Of a stretch of 64,000 nucleotides of DNA, positions 56,886 through 64,000 are shown in pieces. Both the position numbers and the translations under genes were made by a program. The DNA comes from a virus (taxonomy: Duplodnaviria > Caudoviricetes). The stretch lies in the IMG/VR virus record IMGVR_UViG_3300048575_000392, positions 1 through 64,000 of that record. The stretch is one strand, 5' to 3'. Every line of letters starts with the position of its first letter. The first letter of the stretch is position 1. A model generated the notes under the pieces. It ran no database searches and had not been told where the DNA came from. It saw only the letters and a program-made list of their open reading frames with translations.

Positions 56886-57689
56886 TTACCTTGTTCCGTA
56901 GCGATTTGCCGCGAGCTCTCTCGCCCGTTTTACCCTACCTTCGAGATGGGGGTACTTCTCCAAGAAGGCCGCCCACCCATTCTGATGCTGCAAGAACCGA
57001 TGCTCCTCGGGGAGAAGCGCAAGCCAGTTCCATGGTTCGTCAATGTCCGTCGAGTCGGCGCCGCGGCTCACGATGTGGGCCTTCTCGATCGCGCCGCCTA
57101 TGCCCGAGGCGTCGGAGACCATGTGGCTCGCTCGCCATTCCCCCTCGTCGGCGGCCTTGTCGGTCTCCTCGTCGTAATCCAGAGGGTCGCGCTCGAGGCC
57201 GCCGCGCCACCGATGCCACTCCCAGAAGAGCGTCCGCACATCCGCTTGCAGGTCCATGCCCAGGTCGCAGTAGTCGCGGATGATGTCGAAACAAGCCTGG
57301 ATGAGCTTCGCGGCGTGAACGGTGTCGCTCTCCGAGATATGGATGGGCCTCAGGCGGTGGGTGAAGCGAGTGGGCACCCTGTCGGCGTACTCCTCCAGGA
57401 TGTCGAGGTACAACTCCTGCTTCTCCTCCGCCGTCGGCTTCTTCCCGTTCATCGAGACGAAGATGATGGTGATCAGCGCCCAGAGCGTGTTGTTCTGCTT
57501 GAAGGTCCGCCCCTCAGTGGGAAGGTCGAGGGTCACGACGGGAAGAATCTTCTTCTCGAACCGCTCTTCCTTCTTCGCCTTCGTGGAGAAGAACCTCATG
57601 AAGACCTGGAGGTCGGCGGGATTCGGCTTGAGCCAGACCACACCTTTCTGAGGAATCATGACAGCTTCGCACGCTCCGGACACTTTCAT
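56886..57689 (-). CDS. NinB/DUF1367-like + DUF968-like recombination-associated protein
   Basis: RTFKQNNTLWALI; AHIVSRGA..NWLAL..EEH..QHQ.GW. Confidence 0.55.
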   Translation of the reverse strand: MKVSGACEAVMIPQKGVVWLKPNPADLQVFMRFFSTKAKKEERFEKKILPVVTLDLPTEGRTFKQNNTLWALITIIFVSMNGKKPTAEEKQELYLDILEEYADRVPTRFTHRLRPIHISESDTVHAAKLIQACFDIIRDYCDLGMDLQADVRTLFWEWHRWRGGLERDPLDYDEETDKAADEGEWRASHMVSDASGIGGAIEKAHIVSRGADSTDIDEPWNWLALLPEEHRFLQHQNGWAAFLEKYPHLEGRVKRARELAANRYGTR

Positions 57690-57701
57690 CTTCCACCTCG
57701 C

Positions 57702-58709
57702 CTACGAGAAAAGACTGGCCTTGGCCGGGGATGCCGTCGGCCGCGCCGCGGCGGCTACCGACTCGGGCGCCCGCTCCTCCTGGGCCGCCGGGGCTGACTC
57801 GGCCGGCGCCGCCTCCGCGGACGGCTGATCGGCGATCTGGGCCGGGGCCTCTTCCTCATCAGCGGGCGTAGGCTCCTCCGGGGGCTCCGGCAGGGCAGTG
57901 GCGTCGAGGTCGAAGCCGGGCGTCACGTTCCGCATGTCGGCGCGGTCCTCGCGGCTCACGGCCTCCAGGGCCTCCACGCTCATCGGGCAGAGCTTCAGCG
58001 TCTTGATGATGACCGTCTTTAGGGCCATCTCGTCGAAGTTCTTATTCCAGATGTTGTCCTGATCGTCCGCGTTTTGCTGGAACCCCTTCGAGTAAAGGTC
58101 GCGGTGCTTGATCACGTCCTTCATGGTCATGACGCCGAACTGCGTCCCGCCGTTCTCGAGCTCGACGAGGCAATAGTAGGCGATCGGGTCCCCGCGCTCT
58201 TCGCGGATGTCCAGCTGGTGGGTGAGACGCCGCCCCATGCCGAGCTCGACCTCGAACTTGTCGTGATCGTAGACGACCTCCGCGGAGATGGTCTTGATCG
58301 TCTTAGAGCGCCGGGCGAGCATGACGATGCCCTTGTACCCGAGTTGGAAGTGGCAGGTCATCACCTTTTCGGTCGACCCGTTGGCCATCTTCCGCTTCTC
58401 GTTGTAGGGGATAAGCCAGGCCTGCCCGAGGAGGGCCCCGACCTCCAGACCGTAGCGTGCGGCCTGCCCGAGCGATATCGCGATCGACTGGCGATCGCAC
58501 TGCATGAGCTTCGGGGAATTCGCGATCTCGATCGCCGCCGCGGCGATGAACCTGTCTATGTCGATGGTCCCCTTGGGGAGGGCCGCCTCGAACCGGGTCT
58601 TGTTGTCGTTGAGCCAGTCGCGCAGCGTCCGCTGCTTGGGCTTCTCCTGGGTGGCCACGCCAGTGGCCGCCGGAAGCCGCGCCCCGGCGTCCTGTCCATT
58701 CGCTTTCAT
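57702..58709 (-). CDS. recT: RecT-family single-strand annealing protein
   Basis: YGLEVG.LLGQAWLIPY, FQLGYKG, W..NFDEMALKTVI. Confidence 0.92.
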   Translation of the reverse strand: MKANGQDAGARLPAATGVATQEKPKQRTLRDWLNDNKTRFEAALPKGTIDIDRFIAAAAIEIANSPKLMQCDRQSIAISLGQAARYGLEVGALLGQAWLIPYNEKRKMANGSTEKVMTCHFQLGYKGIVMLARRSKTIKTISAEVVYDHDKFEVELGMGRRLTHQLDIREERGDPIAYYCLVELENGGTQFGVMTMKDVIKHRDLYSKGFQQNADDQDNIWNKNFDEMALKTVIIKTLKLCPMSVEALEAVSREDRADMRNVTPGFDLDATALPEPPEEPTPADEEEAPAQIADQPSAEAAPAESAPAAQEERAPESVAAAARPTASPAKASLFS

Positions 58710-58921
58710 GCTTTCCTCCATTCGTGCTTGTTGCACCAAGCCATCTTCTTCACCGCAAACTTGCCGAGGGAGCACCGGAGGTTCTTCTCCACCGGGTACT
58801 CGCTCGTCCCATCCCAACCGGTCCGCTTCTGGATATCGCTCGTGAAGTTCTTGCAGTTTCCGCAGCGAGGCCCCTCCTCGCGGAAGCCGAGCATCTTCTT
58901 CGTCTCTTCGAGCTTCGTCAC
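58706..58921 (-). CDS. Small Cys-containing hypothetical protein
   Basis: CGNCKNF..C..C..H; GTG start. Confidence 0.5.
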   Translation of the reverse strand: MTKLEETKKMLGFREEGPRCGNCKNFTSDIQKRTGWDGTSEYPVEKNLRCSLGKFAVKKMAWCNKHEWRKA

Positions 58922-58923
58922 GC

Positions 58924-59493
58924 CTACACCCTCGCTCTCTCGCGAAGCCTGAGCGCGAGCTCGCGGGTCATTTCGATGTCCGCGAGGGCGTTGTGGGCGT
59001 CCGGGAAGGGCACGCCATAGTGCGCAGCCAGCGTTTCGAGGTTCCGACGGTCGGGCGCCGTGGCGAGGCCGGCCCACTCCATGAAGGGGTGGACCTTGAA
59101 CACGTCGACCGGGAAGTGGTTCACCCACGAGTAGAAGTACCGGTCCCCCGACTCCAGCCAGAGCTCCTCCAGGAAGCCGAGGTCGAAGTCGACGTTGTAG
59201 CCCGCGGCCGTGAACTTGTCGGCCTTGTCGAACTTCTCCACGTACTGGGCCAGGAAGTTCTCGATATCCTTCTTGACCGAGAGCGAGGGCGGGAAGGAGG
59301 CGAGGTCCGCCTCCGAGAGGCCGTGAACGGCCATTGCCTGGGGGTCGAGGACCTTCCCGATGGGGTTCATCTTGAAGTCCCGCTTCTCCTTCACCTGCCC
59401 GTCGATCTCGACGATGAAGGCGGCCTGGATGATGCCGTTCTTGATCGGATCGAGGCCTGTCGTTTCGAGGTCGAGCCAGAGGATCTTCGTCAT
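58924..59493 (-). CDS. DnaQ-like (DEDDh) 3'-5' exonuclease
   Basis: WLDLETTG, GYNVDFD, HNALADI. Confidence 0.9.
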   Translation of the reverse strand: MTKILWLDLETTGLDPIKNGIIQAAFIVEIDGQVKEKRDFKMNPIGKVLDPQAMAVHGLSEADLASFPPSLSVKKDIENFLAQYVEKFDKADKFTAAGYNVDFDLGFLEELWLESGDRYFYSWVNHFPVDVFKVHPFMEWAGLATAPDRRNLETLAAHYGVPFPDAHNALADIEMTRELALRLRERARV

Positions 59494-60776
59494 GCCTGGC
59501 CTCCCGCGCGCTCGGCTACGAGCTGGCCGGCGATCTCCTTCGTGGAGAGGATTTCCCCCTCCTCGATCCAGACGACGCCATCGTCGGTTCCCTCATAGGA
59601 GTCGTCTACGATTTCCATGATGACCTGGAAGTCTTCCGCCTCCGCGAAGTCCTTCACCTTGGCGAGGCTGGCCGCGTCGAGGGCCTCCCCGCGCTTGATG
59701 TAGACGGCGCGGAGTTCGCCCGAGAACGCCACGGCGAGCATGAGGGCGATCTTGAGGGCTTCGGAGTCGCTCCAGTTCTCGTCGCTCACGCCGTTGTGCG
59801 AGAGGCCGGTCTCGGTGATCTGGAGCCCCTCGACGGGGAGCTTCGCAGCCTTCACCATGTCGATGCGCTCCTGCCGGAGGTCGTCTACGCGCTTCCCGAG
59901 CTCCTCGTATTCGCGCTTCTTGGCCTCCTTCTGGTCCCGCTTCGCGATGTACTCGGTGTACTTTCTGGCCTTCTCGTTCGTCGCCTCGGCGTTCGCGATC
60001 TTCCCCTCGACCTCCGAGAAGTCGCGCTTCTCCTGCGGCATGACGATGGTCATGTCCACGAGGCGCTTCTTGTGCTCAGCCTTGGCCGCATCGAGGGCCT
60101 CGGAGAGCCCCTTGATGGAGTCCTTCCCATCGAAGCACCGCAGCATGGCCGCCTTGGCGTCCTGGACGATCCTCGCGAGGGCCGCGGCCGCATTGTCCTG
60201 CCGCGAATTCCAGTCGGCAAGCTCCTTCCGCTTGGCCATGAGGTCCGTCAGCGACACCGCCTCGCAGGGCGACACCGGCGCCGGGTCGCCCAAGGCCTTG
60301 AGCTCGCGGCCGCACACGAGCCGATCCTGCTCCGCCTGGGCGATCTTCGCGTCGATCGCGGTGAAGTCGATCCCGACGTACCCCATGAGCACGGAGCGCT
60401 TCTCGGTTCCCGGCAGCTTCGCGAACCACTCCGGGTCGAGGAACTGCCCGGAGATCGAGTCCAGAAACTCCTGGGGCCGGGCGACCTTTCCCCCCTCGCG
60501 CTCCACGGAGAGCGCGCTCCGGCCGTCGGCCTTGATGGTCCTCCTGACGATGTAGTCGTCGAGCTTCCCCAAAAGGACCGATTCATCGACTCCCTGCGTC
60601 ACCACGCCGCCGGGGATGTCGCGCGTCCCCTTAAGAAGAAAGCGGATCGCGTCGAGGACGGTGCTCTTGCCCGCGCCATTCGCGCCTCGCACCTGTACGA
60701 GATGCTTCCCGTTGAAATCGAGCTCGGCCGCCTTGATCTTCCGGAGGCCCTCGATGGATAGCCCTATCAGTTTCAC
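59490..60776 (-). CDS. SMC/RecN-like ATPase with coiled coil
   Basis: GANGAGKST, central coiled coil, degenerate signature WSDSE, IKRGEALD. Confidence 0.8.
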   Translation of the reverse strand: MKLIGLSIEGLRKIKAAELDFNGKHLVQVRGANGAGKSTVLDAIRFLLKGTRDIPGGVVTQGVDESVLLGKLDDYIVRRTIKADGRSALSVEREGGKVARPQEFLDSISGQFLDPEWFAKLPGTEKRSVLMGYVGIDFTAIDAKIAQAEQDRLVCGRELKALGDPAPVSPCEAVSLTDLMAKRKELADWNSRQDNAAAALARIVQDAKAAMLRCFDGKDSIKGLSEALDAAKAEHKKRLVDMTIVMPQEKRDFSEVEGKIANAEATNEKARKYTEYIAKRDQKEAKKREYEELGKRVDDLRQERIDMVKAAKLPVEGLQITETGLSHNGVSDENWSDSEALKIALMLAVAFSGELRAVYIKRGEALDAASLAKVKDFAEAEDFQVIMEIVDDSYEGTDDGVVWIEEGEILSTKEIAGQLVAERAGGQA

Positions 60777-60788
60777 GTTCTCTCCTTT

Positions 60789-61817
60789 TCAGCTCACCGT
60801 GAGCCGCGACGAGGGCTTGGCCTCGCAGAATTGGTCGTAGACGCCGGGGAAGGCTTTGTCGAACTTCTCCCGGTTGAACGACGCCCTCTCGAAACGGCTC
60901 CAGGTGATCTTGTGGCCGCCAGCTACGCCGACCTTGGCGTTGCCGAGGCGGACCTTGAAATTGGCCTGTAGCCGTTTCTTCTCGTCCTCGAGCTCCTTCA
61001 GATCGCCATTGATCTGGACGTAGCGCTCCGTGTCCGCCGCGAGCTCGGGGGCCTGAACCACGGCCACGTCGTCCTGCTCGCCATAGAGGGTTATGAGGTA
61101 GCTATCCTCGTCCTCGAGCCCCGAGGGGGCCGGGATCGCCTTCGCGACGATGTTGTCGTTCCAGAAAGAGGCCTCGGCCGCTATGAGCTTCGCTATGAAC
61201 TCATCGTTCCTCGGGATGATCCGATAATCGAAGTGGTTCCCGATGAGAACGGGGAGCATGAACCACTTGAGACCGAGGACGGCCATGTAATGCTGAACCT
61301 GGGCATAGTAGGAATCCGGAACACTGTCGTCGTCCCACTCTTTCGCCATGAGCCAGTGGGCCGTCTTGATTTCGAGACCGCCCATGCCTTCAAGATGCAA
61401 GAGCCCATCCGGCGTGGTGTACCCGCCCTCGGGCAGTACGACGAGACCGTCGATGTTTGCGATCATGAAGGGATGCTCGACGGACTGGTAGAAGAACGGA
61501 GACTCGAAGACGCCGATCGGCATCCCGGTCTTCTCGCTGAAGAGGAGCGGGAACTCGCGACGCAGTACGGGCTCCATGCGCTTCCCGTGCTTGATGGCGT
61601 CGTTTTCCTCCATCTCGGGGGCCAGCCCCAGCTTGTCGAGGTAAACCATGAAAGCGCTCTTATAGTGGTTGAGTCCCAGGATGGCTCCGGCGTCCGATCC
61701 GCCAAGGCCACGATGGCGCTCGACCCTCCAATCCGCCTCGGTCATAGAGGAGTTGTCGGAAAGAACGACGCAGGACGGATTTTCGACCTTCAGCCTGTCG
61801 ATGACGGTGATATTCAC
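60789..61817 (-). CDS. YqaJ-like viral recombinase exonuclease
   Basis: GLGGSDAGAILG, HGKRMEP, ANIDG, LEIKT, YYAQVQHYM. Confidence 0.93.
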   Translation of the reverse strand: MNITVIDRLKVENPSCVVLSDNSSMTEADWRVERHRGLGGSDAGAILGLNHYKSAFMVYLDKLGLAPEMEENDAIKHGKRMEPVLRREFPLLFSEKTGMPIGVFESPFFYQSVEHPFMIANIDGLVVLPEGGYTTPDGLLHLEGMGGLEIKTAHWLMAKEWDDDSVPDSYYAQVQHYMAVLGLKWFMLPVLIGNHFDYRIIPRNDEFIAKLIAAEASFWNDNIVAKAIPAPSGLEDEDSYLITLYGEQDDVAVVQAPELAADTERYVQINGDLKELEDEKKRLQANFKVRLGNAKVGVAGGHKITWSRFERASFNREKFDKAFPGVYDQFCEAKPSSRLTVS

Positions 61818-62212
61818 GCAGCTACCCTCCTGGCAGCGGCCGCCGGGACGAGGTATCCCACGGGCTCTCCGTCGTCTACGACCTTGAGGCCGTAGTAGTT
61901 GATGAAGTCCTCAAAGGACACCTGCGTGAACGAATCGGGATCGGCCCCATCGGGGAAAATAGAGGCCTCGAGGCGGTCCCCGATCCAGACAATGCCCCAG
62001 TGGTCGTGTTCGGTCAGCCAGGCCCAGGCCAGATGTACGCTGACCATCCCGTAAACGATGCTGGCGCGGGTGGCGCTCATGACGCGGAGGAAATCCAGCT
62101 TCGGGAATCGCTTCCTCCAGTCGACCGACCCCTTGCCGAGCTCGGGCGCGGGCTTGATTTCGATGGAGACAGACGCTGCTTGCTCGCGCTCGTCTCCGGC
62201 TTGTATACTCAA
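61814..62212 (-). CDS. Hypothetical protein
   Basis: RBS AGGAG; GTGA overlap with yqaJ. Confidence 0.5.
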   Translation of the reverse strand: MSIQAGDEREQAASVSIEIKPAPELGKGSVDWRKRFPKLDFLRVMSATRASIVYGMVSVHLAWAWLTEHDHWGIVWIGDRLEASIFPDGADPDSFTQVSFEDFINYYGLKVVDDGEPVGYLVPAAAARRVAA

Positions 62213-62267
62213 AGTAGGCTCCTTATCCGGATTGCGGTTTCCAGGCCTTTGGTCCGGGTGGGAATCT

Positions 62268-62287
62268 GGCCCCTCGAAAGAGGGGCC
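62268..62287. promoter_or_regulatory. 8-bp GC hairpin (GAAA/TTTC loop) downstream of the second VR-like end
   Basis: GGCCCCTC-GAAA-GAGGGGCC; could be a DGR cruciform or a plus-strand terminator (T-tract follows on +). Confidence 0.5.
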
Positions 62288-62324
62288 TTTCTTTTCAGAT
62301 CCACAGATATGCAGATGGTCAGAT

Positions 62325-63287
62325 TCACAGGAGAAAAGCGGGGCGAAGGCCGATGAAGCTGCTCACGAGCGACCGGCGGTCGCTCAGGTTCAGAGCCGCG
62401 AGCCCATCGAGCGCGCCACTGCTCCAGCTGCCACCCCGGAGCGGAAGCCGCTCGCCGTAGTTGCGAACGAACAGGCCTCCGGACATCTCCGAGAACATCG
62501 ACTTCGCCGCGGGCTCGATCATCATCCTCGCCATCCTCTCGCGGGTGGCCTGGTCGAGCTTCCTATACGAGTCCGAGAGCTCCAGGTCCTCGATATCGCC
62601 GACGTAGGCATAGCCATCGTCGCGGTCATCCGCGGCGCCTTTGGGGTTCGGCTCGGAGAAATTGGTCACCTCAGCCGAGAGAACCGGATCGTCTCCGTCC
62701 GCGTCGAAGCAGGCGCCCTGGAACGGCCAGTTGGCCTCGGGAAGCGCGTAGTCGTTACCGTTCGGGAAGAACAACTTCCCATCCACGATCTTCAGACCGT
62801 CGACCCACTCCCACCAGCCAGAGCGATCGAAGTACTTCTGAAGGCCGTGCTTCGTGACGTAGTAGGCCGCGGCCGCCCAGTCCCAACCGCTCGTGAGGTG
62901 CCAGCCCTTGCCCTTGGCGATGCAGGCAGCGCGCGAGTCGTCGAAATCGATGTCATACTGCGGCTTCTCGTCGGGCAGCGAGTACGCGCGGCCGCTTTTC
63001 ACCATGGCCTGGCAGTGGCCGATGAACAGCTCGCTCTTCTCCTGGCCGTCCACGATGAAGGCCGGGAAGGTCCCCGTGCCCAGGGCGGGATCGATCTCCT
63101 CGCACTGGAACTTCGGGATTACCAGCATGTGGGACGGGTTGTCCCGATCGTCCCGTAGCACCGTCACGTGGCCGTCCGTCTCCTTCTCGACCCGCTCCCG
63201 CAGAGCGTCGCGAACCAGAACCGTCGGGGCCTCTTTCTTGTCTTCTTTCATCGCTCTCTCCTTCCCAGTTTTTTGTACGCATCCCAA
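62325..63287 (-). CDS. Second C-type-lectin-fold (FGE-sulfatase-like) protein with a VR-like C-terminus
   Basis: GKGWHLTS, EWVDG, ERLPLRGGSW..G..G.AALNL..RS..S..IGLRPAF; NNC codons at variable positions. Confidence 0.85.
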   Translation of the reverse strand: MGCVQKTGKERAMKEDKKEAPTVLVRDALRERVEKETDGHVTVLRDDRDNPSHMLVIPKFQCEEIDPALGTGTFPAFIVDGQEKSELFIGHCQAMVKSGRAYSLPDEKPQYDIDFDDSRAACIAKGKGWHLTSGWDWAAAAYYVTKHGLQKYFDRSGWWEWVDGLKIVDGKLFFPNGNDYALPEANWPFQGACFDADGDDPVLSAEVTNFSEPNPKGAADDRDDGYAYVGDIEDLELSDSYRKLDQATRERMARMMIEPAAKSMFSEMSGGLFVRNYGERLPLRGGSWSSGALDGLAALNLSDRRSLVSSFIGLRPAFLL

Positions 63288-63302
63288 CAGATGCGCATGT
63301 TC

Positions 63303-63545
63303 TTAGTCCGTTACGGCGTCCTTCGCCTTGTCCATGATCGCGTCTATGGCTTCGGGCGCCAGAAGCTCGTAGATCGACTTCCCATTGAGGAGGATGTCGG
63401 AGTCCTCGAAGTAGCCGCCGTCAGACGGGTCTCCGGGATCTCCGTGCCGGTTGTACATAGTCCCCGGCGTCGGCGGCTCCCAGTCGCCCGAGACCTCGAA
63501 ATCGAAGCCCTCGTGCGTGACGGTGACCGTCTTCTTCACTGTCAC
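63303..63545 (-). CDS. Hypothetical acidic protein
   Basis: GTGA overlap start; G.PGDP..G motif. Confidence 0.5.
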   Translation of the reverse strand: MTVKKTVTVTHEGFDFEVSGDWEPPTPGTMYNRHGDPGDPSDGGYFEDSDILLNGKSIYELLAPEAIDAIMDKAKDAVTD

Positions 63546-64000
63546 GCCAGAACTCCTTCGGCGGCCCAGCGCTTCACCTGGGGCACTACGCGCGTCCTCC
63601 AGGTCTCGAGCTGGGAGACGAGGACGACCGCCTGTTTCCTCACGGTCCCGTCCGGGCACTTGGTCTCGCGGAGGGCGAGATACCCGGCGTCGATAGCGTC
63701 CTGAGAAGGCATGTCGTCCTTCGTGAGGTACTCGCGATCCCTGAGGTACGGGAAGACGTGGGTCTTGGGATGAAGCCCGAAATGCTTGGCGGCATCCGTG
63801 ATGCTCATGGTCTGCTCCGAGCGCATGAGGGCGTTGAAGCCCTCGATCTTCGGACCGGCCGCCGTCAGTTCGGCGCGCAGGCGCTCGGCCTCGGCCTTGT
63901 GGTAGGCGAGGACCTTGATCGTCATTTCCTCGATATCGAGAGCACTGAGGGCCGAATCAACCTTACTTTTCAAAGTAAGGTCACGAGGGACAAGTGATTT
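63542..64000 (-). CDS. Antirepressor, KilAC (ANT) C-terminal domain; 5'-truncated by the window
   Basis: PKIEGFNALM..MSITDAAK..YLRD..YL..PSQDAID.GY; frame open to the window edge. Confidence 0.75.
   Translation of the reverse strand, partial: KSLVPRDLTLKSKVDSALSALDIEEMTIKVLAYHKAEAERLRAELTAAGPKIEGFNALMRSEQTMSITDAAKHFGLHPKTHVFPYLRDREYLTKDDMPSQDAIDAGYLALRETKCPDGTVRKQAVVLVSQLETWRTRVVPQVKRWAAEGVLA

Larger units (their letters stand above)
1..64000 (-). mobile_element. Contiguous segment of a myovirus-type, probably temperate phage/prophage
   Basis: Unbroken minus-strand order replication-terminase-portal-head-neck-contractile tail-baseplate-fibre-lysis, with many ATGA/GTGA gene overlaps. Antirepressor at the right edge; no integrase or repressor inside the window. 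Confidence 0.97.

Noticed and set aside
62325-62438. Second VR-like region as a direct target of the TR at 3369-3475
   Set aside because: Numerous mismatches at non-adenine TR positions (e.g. TGT vs GAT, CCG vs CTC, TGC vs GCT)
1-64000. tRNA/rRNA genes, integrase, att site, host assignment
   Set aside because: None recognisable by eye in this window; the lysogeny module probably lies beyond 64000, and host taxonomy needs database comparison

Overview
The whole 64-kb window is one contiguous, minus-strand segment of a GC-rich, probably temperate myovirus or prophage. Read right to left it runs: antirepressor (cut by the window edge); recombination and replication genes (YqaJ, SMC-like ATPase, DnaQ-like exonuclease, RecT, initiator, SSB); small early accessory genes; terS, terL, portal and MuF; a ~15-kb block of giant head-packaged 'polyvalent' proteins; protease-scaffold and major capsid protein; neck, sheath, tube, tape measure, baseplate and fibre; a complete diversity-generating retroelement (target/VR-avd-TR-RT); and lysis genes. 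Four observations stand out. (1) A 68-aa gene with its own near-consensus sigma70 promoter and RBS is nested antisense inside the 1281-aa polyvalent protein, directly next to its RelA/SpoT-like toxin domain; it is a candidate hidden immunity gene for a virion-delivered alarmone synthetase. (2) A promoter / conserved leader / intrinsic terminator switch occurs three times, gating the packaging, capsid-tail and lysis operons, with a small DUF2292-like gene in the lambda-Q position. (3) A shared ~45-aa peptide motif containing K[S/A] sites occurs four times in three probable internal proteins and is a candidate capsid-targeting and processing signal. (4) A second DGR-type target gene ~58 kb from the DGR carries mutagenesis footprints but does not match the resident TR. 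All family assignments come from motif recognition by eye; no database search was run, and the host cannot be determined from the sequence alone.
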